DNA of 64,000 nt, taken from positions 153,363 through 217,362 of the forward strand of contig CT868044.1 in NCBI GenBank assembly GCA_000165425.1, written 5' to 3'. The position numbers and the translations under genes were made by a program. Under the pieces are notes generated by a model. It was not told the DNA's origin. It saw only the letters and a program-made list of their open reading frames with translations, and did not search any database. Below, piece by piece: positions 52,747 through 64,000 of this stretch; positions within the stretch are counted from its first letter, which is position 1, and every line of letters begins with the position of its first letter. The DNA comes from Paramecium tetraurelia (taxonomy: Eukaryota).

Positions 52747-54327
52747 TCACTCTAAGTTAACAATGTTCTGAAACATCTTTTTAAAACTTATTGACAATTA
52801 ATTTGCATTTTAGGGAATAAGATCTTTCCTTTAAGACTCCTTAACATACACTTTATCACTCTTTTAGAATGGTTCCCTTTGCTCAGCAATATATTTTCTT
52901 ATATTTTTTTATACTTAATCAAGTGAATAGGATTTAGTTTTTCTGTAATTAACTCTATCCTATAAGGATAATTTATAGATTGGATTTTCATGAATTTTGT
53001 GATCAAATATATATTTGTCGTTATTTTTCTCATACTTAGCCATAATCTCCACAGCTCTCCTAGGCAAAGCAGCTTTATTTAAATGTTATTTGGCTTTGAT
53101 ATCAATATAATGATATTCGATTTGAAATTAAAGGAAATCTGTTCCTTATAAAATTGAATCTAAAATGGATTGAGCAATGCAATTATTATATTTGATAATT
53201 GAGTGTGAATCAAACATTTACCCTGTTTTAATATTAATGAAAGGGACATGAAGATATCTTGAAATAACGTCATCAAATTCTTTACAAATTGGCAATTATT
53301 TTTCGTATAATTTAATAAAATCTTTTGATGTTAATCTATAATAAGAATTCTTGGGTTCAACATCACATTTAGCCCATTTAGAGTGGAAATGATTGGCTTT
53401 GTTTATGTTGCCCATATAAAAATAGCACATTCCCAACTTATCATAACAATCAATTTCATAATCTTCAAGGTTATCAGCCCATGCATAATTTAATGCTTTT
53501 TGTATAAATTTGCGAGCTTATTCATATTGTTTCAATCTATAAAATGAATTATAATAATATTGATACTGTTTGGCAATCAGGTAAAATTGAATTAGAATTT
53601 TTATTTTTAAGATATGATCTCTACTTAATTCTGATACTTTCAGACAATCCTTTAATAAATAGGCTGCTTTATTCAAAGAGACAATTGTATTGGCAAAATA
53701 AGCAACAAAAAACAACAATTCGTTAAATAATTTAAGTTACTAAAATGATATAATATCAAAGTTACATTTAATTCCTAGGAATATTGGACGGGATAATTTA
53801 AAAATTATATCAATTTCTCTAGATCTTTCTTCTTGATAAGTTCACTAAATAGTTAGACATTCTCTTCCAAATATTAGCTGAGGTAGTTTTGTTTTTTGTA
53901 TCTGATTGACTCGAGCATTGAAGGATATTTAAACTTCTATTCATTTTTGAATTACCTTGAGTGTTTTGTTTGATTAAAGCGAAGGACTTGCATCTATAGA
54001 TCTCTCAGTCTATTCTGGCATCCTCAATTTTGGATATTTTGCAGTAGATTATTAAATTTAATCCTTAAATGTATAATCTCCATTCTCAATTTGTTAAGTT
54101 AAATCAATTCTCGAGGTTTCAAATTAAGTAATGTCTTGATTCAAGGAATATATTCGTGATCTTTTATTTTTTGGTGAATTCTTTATTGATTCTGTTATAG
54201 ATAATGGAGGTAACTTTGTGGATTGATTAGTTATTTTACTGTTGGAGTTTAACAAATATTTCAGTACATCTGACATCTAGCTGTTATGATATTGAAGTAA
54301 CTTCTCTTAAATAACACTATTTCTCAT
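52747..54327 (-). CDS. TPR-like helical repeat protein
   Basis: YEQARKFIQKALNYAW...EIDCYDKLGMCYFYMGNINKANHFH after an S/K-rich N-terminus. Confidence 0.7.
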
Positions 54328-54400
54328 TCTAATATTATTTAATTAATAATCTTTATTATTTTTGCTTATATGATAAAGCTTAAAAACAAATTAATACTAA

Positions 54401-55139
54401 TCATTTCTTCCGAGAGGTTTCGGATAGCATAGTCCCTTGTTTTCTAATTTGAGGACTTTATTTTTATTAAGATAATTGTGCTTATGATTTTTTAGCCATA
54501 GGGGAATTCGACTAAGTCAATTGCAATTCTTATTATGGTTTTATTAAACACCTTGGATGATAGACCCACAATTAGTATAGACGCTCAATGAAATCTTCAA
54601 TTGATACTACTTCATCTTGTTTCTTGTTTATCATAGATCTTTAATGAATAATTATCAATTACCAAATCTAAGGATAAATAACAATTACATACCAAAAAAA
54701 CATCTATATTGTAGAACTAATCAATTATATCTAATCGATAACTAAATTTATTGATATTGTTCAAATAAAACTTAGCGAAAGAATTCCATTTTAATCTCTC
54801 TTGTTATTAGAGGAATAGAATAGCTTGATGTGTAAACTCTATTAATTTCATGTTGGACGGACACGTCTGTTCAATGTATTCATATAATTATTGAGGCAAT
54901 ATGATTGAATAACTACAGTAATAGACCATAAGTACAATACTTTGCTAAATTAATTTCCAATTCAAAATCGATTACACTTGATTATTTAAGATATAAATTA
55001 GATCTTTGTTAATTTTAGTTTTGTGTTGCTTACTACAAGAATGCTAGCTCTATAATTTTAATGTATTTTTAAGTGTCTTCTATGACTTTGTGAGATGAAG
55101 GAGATTATGTGTTGATTCCCAGGATTTATTAACATACAT
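54401..55139 (-). CDS. Hypothetical protein
   Basis: Coding-like minus frame ending ...VSIEDFIERLYQLWVYHPRCLIKP...SETSRKK*; internal exon structure uncertain. Confidence 0.45.
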
Positions 55140-55213
55140 TGATATAATAGTCATTGTTATTATTTTGATTCAATTTATTTAACAGATCTATACGACAATT
55201 GACAAATTGTTAT

Positions 55214-56481
55214 TCATCAGCATGAATCCATAATAAATAGAGTTCAACGCTTGATTAGGAAGGATAAGCATTGAGATTTTGGAATAGAAACTGAAGAAAA
55301 TCACTGGCTAATTATTTCTTGTTTAATTGATCCACATGATAAAACTCTATTTCAATTTAGGATATTAATGGATTGATCATCAATTCAACACAAGGTTTCT
55401 GATCTTTATAATAGATGTTAAGTTATTCATGTTTTTATTGTATGAAAGTTTTCGGTATAATGGGTTTAGCTGTCAGTATTTTAGCTAATTGCTTCATAGA
55501 AGTGGATGCTTATTAATGAGATTCGTAGATATATTTATTGTATTTAATGAAATTTAAGTCCATCTCATGTAATTTTTGATTGATGTTCTAAAGATCTCCT
55601 TTGGCATGTTCTATATTGCTCAGTTCACTTATCTGATCTTCTAAATGGTTGTATTATTGACAAATTTTCTTATTCTCTTCTCTTAATGAGATATTCTTCT
55701 TTTATTCAATTGCAAGTTTTAATTAATATGCTCGTAATTGCATTTGCTACTTTTCTTCCAATTATTTATACTCTTTTGTTATTTATTCTAAACTTTGCTA
55801 ATAGCCTCCTATTTGAACATCGACCAAAGATTGAAAACGATCTTATTACCATTGAGTATTCAAATCTAAAATCATAACCAATGATTTCCAAATTTATTCA
55901 ATAAATATTGCAATGGCTTTGTCATCTATAATCTTTATTATGCATGCCACAAGTTCACTCAATATTTCAATGAACTTAATTAAAATATCAAATCTAAAAT
56001 AATGTTTAGGATGCTGTTTATTAAGATCAGAGTCATCCAGTTATTATTTTTTATCAAATAGATCCTGAATTATAGTTTGATCTAAATTTATTAGAGTCTC
56101 ATACATGCGAAACAATAATTTAGGATCTTTCTCCTAAAATTAATATGATTTAGGAAGATCTTAAACGTAGATAAAATTATACTATAAGTATTTTCTTACC
56201 TCTCCTGACACAATTTTTAAAGTGGACACAATTGATTCGTGGTTGTTGATTAAGTACCCTTCTTCCAAATACTTTTCCATAATCTTTAACGGAACATTAG
56301 ATTTCTCTGGTATGGTTGGTATAGCCTACTCTAAGAAAAAACCTAAAGGACTCTAATTCACAATCATATTGTTTGATTTGGATCTGGATTGTGCACTTGT
56401 TATTCTGCTTACTGAAGGTTTTATGGAGGATGAAATAATTCGTCTATGTGCAGATACGCTATGCATATTATGTTTATGCAT
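55214..56481 (-). CDS. Hypothetical coiled-coil protein
   Basis: ATG at 56481 (MHKHNMHSVSAHRRII...), long coding-like frame with short introns. Confidence 0.6.
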
Positions 56482-57345
56482 TATTATTTGTTAATATTAT
56501 ATAAATCATATTTAATATTATTAAAAGTATATTTGATATTTATTATTTATATTCAATTTCATAACTATTTTATATCTGAAGATCATGTCATTTCTTTTAA
56601 AATCAGATACATTATTAAATGAGTTTAGTAATTTAAATGCTTCTCTTAACTATTATAATGAAAATTAAGTCAATAATATGTCCAATTTAAGGAATAAGCA
56701 TAAGAATGGTGTTGTATATGACTATGATTATTATGTTTACTAGAGAAGTAACACAATAACATCATCTCCGAATTGCAAAAGACTGCTTCTTCCTAAATCA
56801 GAAGATATCCATATAAGATCCTTTACAAAAGAGAGTTCCTGAATTCTGTAATTTTATGCTCCCATAGTCTAAATTTGATGCAATTTTATTAATAAAATTT
56901 GTATCATATAAACGAGTAATTTGAATATATAAATTCAATAGTATCTATCGAATTCCTAATTAAGAATATGGCTTTGAAGATGCGCCAACCTTTAATGTCA
57001 ACTCTATTAGTGGGGAATTGAATATTCATAATAATTTTAGAGTCCCGAAGCTTGTTGATCAAATATTCTATTAATTTGAAAGTAATTCAAATTCCCCCCG
57101 GGCACAACTTAATTGAAGTTAAGAAGAATTCTTTCTCCTTCTCTTGTTCGTTCCGTAATGAACATAACTACTTTAAAAGAACTTATAATTACATAATTTC
57201 GAAATACATTGAATATATTAAAACTAATTAAGAAAAAAATCAATTTACTAAAATTAAGAGAGTTAACAAACTTATACTTTCTAAAAAAATAAATGGTTAA
57301 TTATTCTAGTTATTATATTTTAATTTTTCTTTTGCAAATTATACT

Positions 57346-58013
57346 TCATTCATATTTCTTAACTATCATTTTCATTTTATTCAGAATCATTAGTCTTTCA
57401 ATTGGCCCCAAATTAGTATTTAGTTTTTATCTCAAAATTTGGAACATTTATTTATCTTTATTATACTAGTTGATAGATTTATTTATACTTATTCTTGAGC
57501 ATAATATTTTGCAATCATAATCTTAATATCTATATCATCTTAGTTATTTATGTAATTTTTTAAATTTTGGTCAAAATTTTACATTTCAATTTCATTGTCT
57601 AAGCATTTTTTGCATTTTTGCATTTGTTTTGTAAATTTACCTTTCTTAGGAGGATAAGGAGTTTCTCTCCCATCCCTATCTAAAAAGATTTCATATCTAT
57701 TTTAATTTTCTAAATTAATATTATCACTAATTTATTTTATAAGCTAAATTGGCTTTTTCATCATATCATTGTTACATCCCTGGCAAATGAATTTGATCTC
57801 CACTGGTTATATAGTGTTTATTTGTTCTATAACTTCTATTTGTCTAGATTCAGATTCATTCATATTGAATGAAGGGGGATTTTGCTTTTGATAGAAATAC
57901 ACAAAATTATTATCAGAAGGTACAAGACTTTATTCTCTCTAGCTGCAATTCAAAAAAGAGCATTTGAAATTTTCAATTACATAGTCATTCCTAATCTCAG
58001 TGCTATTATTCAT
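57346..58013 (-). CDS. Hypothetical protein with CxxC motifs
   Basis: Open frame from ATG 58013 containing ICQGC and KCKKC; 3' end uncertain. Confidence 0.4.
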
Positions 58014-58620
58014 ATCTGAAAAAAATTATATATAATTATAAATATTTTTATTTTGCTTTAGAATTAATAGTCTGTTGATCAAGTGTATATTTTTATATTA
58101 GAAATCCTTTTTCCAACTTCATCGCCAGATAGAATTTTTCAAGTATCTTTGGTAATATCATTAATATAAATGAGTATCTTCTTTCAGTTATCTAATACAA
58201 GTCCTTGGGTAAATAAAGATATCTTTAAAATGAAAACTCAGTTTAATGTGGTCAGCCTCTTTTTAAATAATTTTCAAAAATTGTGATATTTTAATATTTT
58301 TGTGACTTTTGTAAAAAAAAATATTCGAAATTCATGTAATCCAAATCTTTGCTCATGATAAAAAAAAATATTATATAAGCAAGTTAGCCTTAGTACTGAA
58401 ATAAAATTATCTTTTTTCTTTTAGAAGTCAGATAAAATTAGAGTAATCTAATCCGAATTATACTTCAGGTTTATTACAATTGAAGAATTGTATTTGAATT
58501 TTTACATAATAACACTTTATTTTTCACAATTTGTCTGATTCTATGGAACTTGTAAATTATAGGAGATTTTTTATATAAACTTAGATAACATTATTTAATT
58601 AATTATTATTAAATCAAAAT

Positions 58621-60121
58621 TCATCGAGTGCAATGATCTGACAAAGACTATTGGTTATTTAGTTATAGTATCGTATTTTGATTACCATTTAGTTCTTAGG
58701 CAGGCGCATAAAATTTTGAAGGTGTAGGAGGTTCGTTAACATGAAGAGACTATTAATTTGATTCAGGATCTTAATTAACAGATTCTTTATCAAGAACTGG
58801 CTCTATTTCTTTTTTGATCACCATATCTTTTTAGCTTATTTAATCGACTTTAATATTTATTTACTCAAGATTATAAGGTATATCAGATGTATGGCTATTT
58901 TGAGGACAATGATGATGCTTCTCATGATGAAAATGATCATCTTCATCATTATCATCATTATCATCATCATCTTCAGAACTCTCATTTAACTATGGTTCTG
59001 AATCCTCAACTATAACCTACTTATAAATCTATTTGTCTTTCAAATCATCCAAATCTTTTGGTTTTGACAATTTAGAAAGATATTAATTTTTATCTTAATC
59101 ATTTCCAGGAGAAGTAGGCTTTGATGTAAATAAGCTTGGAATTTATATGAGTTATGGTTCTGTTTATTAATTGTTTTTCTTGTCTTCTTCTTATTTATTC
59201 GAGAAATAGTTTGGATTAGATGACTTTTAATCTCCCGTTTTTAAAGATAGTTGAGATTTCAAATCGAAACGCTTTGATGTTGATAATAATTATCCATAAC
59301 CAGTAGTGCTCTCATTCTGAATCTATTTTTTCTATATAATTTATGTTTTTATCATTTGATCTTTAGATGCATTTTTGGACTTGATATATTCATAAGTGGA
59401 TATATTGTTCCATCTAGAAATAATGTAAGGTGCTTACTTGAAATATAAATGCATGGATAATAAGTATGTTAACACAAGAAATACAGGAGGGTCTACCGAA
59501 ATACAAATATAAACTAAAATCTCATAATTGGTTTGAAGATAAAGCAATTTAAAATCTTAGCCTAATCTAAATAACTTGAGTGCAACTAAAGACGATACTA
59601 AAATAAAGAAATATGAGTAATTCTAGTCTCCGATACAACTATTTAACCAAATACAATGGTGATCAAATTTCGATACGCATCTAATAGCTAGAATCTTATA
59701 CTTATTACAGCTCCAACAATGTTTTGTTTTCTCTTGAACATGTGCTTAGCATACCAAACAATAGGATTTTATATCCGTCTTAAATTCTTTGCTTTTTGAA
59801 TATCAATTATTTAATATTACCCAAGTAGTTTTGACAATTGCTCTTCCTTTACGACTGAATCTGTAGGATCTATTAATGTTGCTCTAAGACAAGAATAAAT
59901 AATGCAAGTAACTATTACTGTTAGAACTATCAATTGGAGTTCCTGAATGAAATCATTAATACCTTAATTCCTTTATCTTCAAATTGAAAAGCAAATATGT
60001 ATGCTATAACTATATCGAAAAGAGTGTATATCCAACTAAGAGATTAATAAGGGTTGATTCCATTCACTAATCCGTTCTTACGGACTGGTTTTAGACGGCC
60101 TTGTTTTACATCAACGTCCAT
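58621..60121 (-). CDS. DHHC palmitoyltransferase (ZDHHC1/11-like N-terminus)
   Basis: RKNG..., TM helices, [20 protein letters not shown]...[21 protein letters not shown]; acidic/His-rich tail; 3' end approximate. Confidence 0.92.
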
Positions 60122-60156
60122 TATTAATATTTTAAAATATGCATATGAATCATAAT

Positions 60157-61421
60157 TCATGGAGCAGGTAAATCTTTAATGGTAGTTCCCCTATAGTTTA
60201 AGTCTTGTTATATTCCTCTTATTCATTCCAATTTTAAAGTTTGATTTGACAATTACCTCTTTAATCCAAAGTATTATTTGGATATCAATTAAGTATGATT
60301 AGTCAGAAATTGTGTTTTTAAATACATCAACTCCTACTTATTTAAGCAAGACATCTCATACATTCCTAAATCCTAAATAATAGTATGAAATGAGTCTACA
60401 CATTTTGTCTCATATTCTACACACCAAATTTGGTGTAGTATGGCAATACTTCATGATGATATGTTTCAAATACATCTTCTCTAATAACACCGAATGAACC
60501 CATCCTAGTGACAAATATCATTTCTTTATCTTTATTTTATTGTAATTTTGTAAAGTAGTTCCTTCCAATATCATTCATAGACATATGATGGAAATACCAT
60601 AGATAAGCAGAAGCAGCAGTTGCGGCTAATACATTGATTCTCATTAATCCATATTATAGATAGAATATAAATGTTAAGGATAAAAGGAGGTATCAATATA
60701 ATGATCAAACATGAGATTGGTTTTATATACAATGTTATATGGTAATACCCAACAAATCCAAGCAAAACTGAATGTTCCAGTCCACCATACAAATTTCAAC
60801 CATTCCTATAACCTTGTGTTTTCATAGATCATATCTGCAAGATATGGGAATCTTAAATGATAAGGAGTCTAAACATCATATTTTGATCCTCTATCCGGAT
60901 GAAACTTTCATGTCATAGGCCTCGATTCCAATTCCTTTTCATGTCTCCTATCGCTTCCGGTTTTTCAACTGGATATATAATTTAAGCAATCCACCTTTTT
61001 TCATTTCTGAACACATTTTCATATCCCAATTCTTCATTCTAGAGATTTCCTGTTTATCCATATTGTATTTAAATAGGGAAGTAATCTCTAAATCCACCAG
61101 TAATATTCTTAGTAACTCCATGTTTCCCTTTTAAATAAGGTCTATCTAAGTTCTTAATTGCTTCATCAACTTATTTTTACATGGTCACATCTCTTTTAAC
61201 TCCATCTATAAGCATGTTATGAGTATCCACTACCAATCTTTATTTATAATCTTGTCTCTGGGCTGGAATATAATCAGTATGAGCTGGATCGTAGTGATTT
61301 ATATGGTATGGATACACCTTGTATTCTAATTTATTGGCTAATCTCTCCAAATGTTCTTACATTACATTTTGCGCTCTATACAATAAATGTCTATTCAAAC
61401 CGTTTCTCCTTTAAATTGCAT
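60157..61421 (-). pseudogene. Disrupted gene for a two-TM membrane protein
   Basis: Protein-like frame (FHPDRGSKYDVQTPYHLRFPYLAD, YENTRLQEWLKF, YFTKLQQNKDKEMIFVTR) interrupted by an in-frame TGA at 60908-60910 and a frameshift near 60645. Confidence 0.65.
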
Positions 61422-63024
61422 TTTTTATTACTTGACTCTCGTTTTTTTTGGTCTCTAATACGTAAAAATAATTATAAAAATATTTAGAATATACAGGTAT
61501 AAAATTAAAACAAATCAGTAATTTTAGTAAAGTACTCCCCAAGTATGTTATCCAAAAATAATAGATAACCTATTATTCTATTTTATATTACTATTGAATA
61601 CTTATTATATTTTAGAGTGTAACAGGAAACGATTCATAAAATGGAGTAATAGTAATTTTATATTGACATTACAAGATAGTTGTATATCACAATCTTAATG
61701 CTACTAAATTGACTATTTACTAATAGTAGCAGTTAATCACTTAAAAGGATTAAAATGTGAAGACCGTCTAAATGTGAAAATAAAATCAATTTTAACAAAT
61801 GATTTATAAAAAATTTATGAAAAAAAATTTTAAATTATATAAGATAAAGAATAACAAATACATAATATCATCTATTAGTTGTATTGATATACTTTCATAT
61901 ATGCTTAAGGGTTGCAACCTTTATTAAAATGGTTAAATCGAATTTATGGATCCTCATGACAGATAAATTTGTCAAGATTTGTTGTTATAATTTAGTATTC
62001 TATTTATAAGAGTTTATTGTATCCTTTTACAGTATTTTTGAACTTTTATATTTTGGATTATTCTGATTATTTATAGTCAATAAAGTTATAAGAACTTCTT
62101 AAATAATTAATTATAGTTGTATTTCCTATATTAATACTTATGCTTCCCACTAACATACAATTTTTCATACAGTAAATAATATTTTCGATTTATTTCTTTC
62201 AAGCAAATTTTATATGACCCTTACAGTTATTTTCTTCAGATTCCATCAAATTAGTAGTTCATGAAAAGGTTTAGAATTGTTGTTTGTTAATTATTTCCTC
62301 CATTTTTAAATAGTAAATTCATTTTTCAAACTTATAAAATTCTCCTTCATAAAATATTCATCGTTATCATCTCTTACTTTCACTTAATTATCATCAATTA
62401 ATAAAAATTACAAATGGATTTGGTACTTCAGCTAACTATGTATTGGAAGCAATCTTTGTAAATTACAAACACCAGTTGCCATTTATAATATTAATTATAT
62501 ATTATGAAAGTTAGTGCTCATTCTTTATGAGACACTTTATGATTACTGATTGATTCAATTAATATTGAATGAAATTTTCTTCAATAAATTAACTTTAATC
62601 AATATCCTATAATTTCTAATAGAAAATCCGAATAAATTTAATCATAAACTGGTGAAATGTCGAATTGAATCTTTCCACCATTTTTATTATTTTCATCCTT
62701 CCACCATAGTTTGATATCATTTTAAAAAAATTGTAACTCTTCAGTTTAAGCATCTGCATTTTAGTCATTAAATTGTTAAATCTATCATAATTGAACTTAA
62801 GTGCTATTCGCATTTTAAGGATCACTGAATAAATCTGATAATTTTGAATATCTTGTCTTCTTGATCAAAATCCTAATTCTTCAATGTTGAAAAGGAACAG
62901 ATATCAACTATAGTTAACTTATAATCTATGTTTAAACTGGCATTGTATTTCTAAGATAGAGTCTATTTGTTGCTTAATTTATGAAATATATCACTCATTA
63001 ATATTATTAATATATATCCATTTA

Positions 63025-64000
63025 TCACTATTACAATTAATGACAGTTTTCTTGGTTCCAACTAGATGTATACCTTCGGTCATAATGGCGTAAACGGAAT
63101 TCTCATACACCTTAACTTAATCGACATATCCGGTAGTGGGCACTTGAAATCCTCTAAATATGATTTTCAATAATAATACCTTCTTACAATTCCAGATCTA
63201 ATTGTATTTGTAGTGAAATCCAGAGTAATTACATAAGACTTATCAGTGAATTCTTCACCTATTTAACCACCAAATACCATCAACTCATTTTAGTTTATCT
63301 ATGCTATTCCACTATGCAATGGTATTTCATTCCACAAATTTCCTTGACTGTCATATATCTACAAATCAAACCAAGTGTTCTATCTAATTGAATAAACTTC
63401 TATAGTTTAAATATTGATATATTGCTTATCAATTCCGCCTATTTTAATTAAATATTCATTATTTATGTTTCCTAATGAACATCCCGTACAAGCATGCATA
63501 CATGATCTCAAAGGAGTCCATCTCTGGCCATCAAATCTCTCTAGAGTATTAATACTACTATCTTCACAATCTGTTGATGACCCACAACAAACATAAATGC
63601 ATGCTTCAACTAAACAAGCCCCAAATCCTTATCTTCTATGAATCATATTTGAATGTAAATTTAAAGTCTTTTAAATCAAATTAACTTTGTACACTGACTG
63701 AATACTTAGGTTTCTATCAATATCTCTTTCAATCCCTCCCATTATTAATATGTCTTTTCCATACATTATACATTAGTGTCCAACTGCAATCCTCTTATCT
63801 AGAATCAAATTAATCTCCTAGAAATCAGAAATATTGAGATTTTTCATTGGTTGTATGAATTTTGGCATTCTATATATCAATATTTTTCTTTAATCTGCAT
63901 AACAACTTATTAAGATTTCTTCGCTGCTTGAGATAAAACTATTTTATTATTGGCTTACTATTTTCAACTATTGTACTTAATCATCTTACATAGCTTTTAT
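63025..64000 (-). CDS. Kelch-repeat protein (5' part outside window)
   Basis: Kelch-type blades: ILIMGGIE, RQGFGACLVEACIYVCCG...ERFDGQRW, LIKIGGID, LMVFGG; TGA at 63025-63027. Confidence 0.8.

Noticed and set aside
54850..55180. Hydrophobic plus-strand stretch resembling an ion-channel fragment
   Set aside because: Interrupted by TGA and better explained as the antisense of a minus-strand gene.
60908..60910. In-frame TGA as possible selenocysteine or readthrough codon
   Set aside because: No redox-motif context, and a separate frameshift in the same gene points to pseudogenisation or sequence error.
2204..63596. Many standard-code ORFs in the supplied track (e.g. 3416-3667, 7274-7501, 28676-28942, 34964-35179, 50915-51286)
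   Set aside because: They are antisense or off-frame shadows of real genes that read with TAA/TAG=Gln; their Leu/Phe/Ile-rich translations mirror K/E/Q-rich coding on the other strand.
1..64000. CRISPR arrays, transposons, IES-like insertions, rRNA
   Set aside because: I saw no repeat-spacer arrays, transposase or RT motifs, terminal inverted repeats or rRNA; the sequence is consistent with somatic macronuclear DNA. Short IESs in intergenic DNA cannot be excluded by eye.

Overview
This is AT-rich, gene-dense eukaryotic DNA from a ciliate macronuclear chromosome, almost certainly Paramecium (aurelia-type). TAA/TAG read as Gln, TGA is the only stop, introns are about 20-31 nt GT..AG, and a trichocyst matrix protein T4 gene is present. 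The supplied standard-code ORF track therefore shows only fragments; I re-translated by hand with the ciliate code, so boundaries may be off by a few codons. About 30 protein genes can be traced: PTP, cyclin, CNBD K+ channel, EF-hand protein, truncated globin, SmD3, MAK/ICK kinase, T4, kinesin, ATG27/M6PR-like, RING-CH, Myb, AMPK/MARK-like kinase, PP2C, PSMA5, SF3B2, WDR12, two probable pseudokinases, V-ATPase H, IFT57, DHHC and kelch, plus a tRNA-Arg(CCT) and some disrupted genes. The standout is a ~2,470-aa gene at 40827-48367. In it a BIRC6/BRUCE-type ubiquitin-conjugating (E2) domain with intact catalytic Cys is fused in frame, within one exon, to a complete UBA1/UBA6-type activating enzyme (E1) with intact ATP loop and catalytic Cys. 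This is a candidate self-contained E2-E1 conjugation machine.
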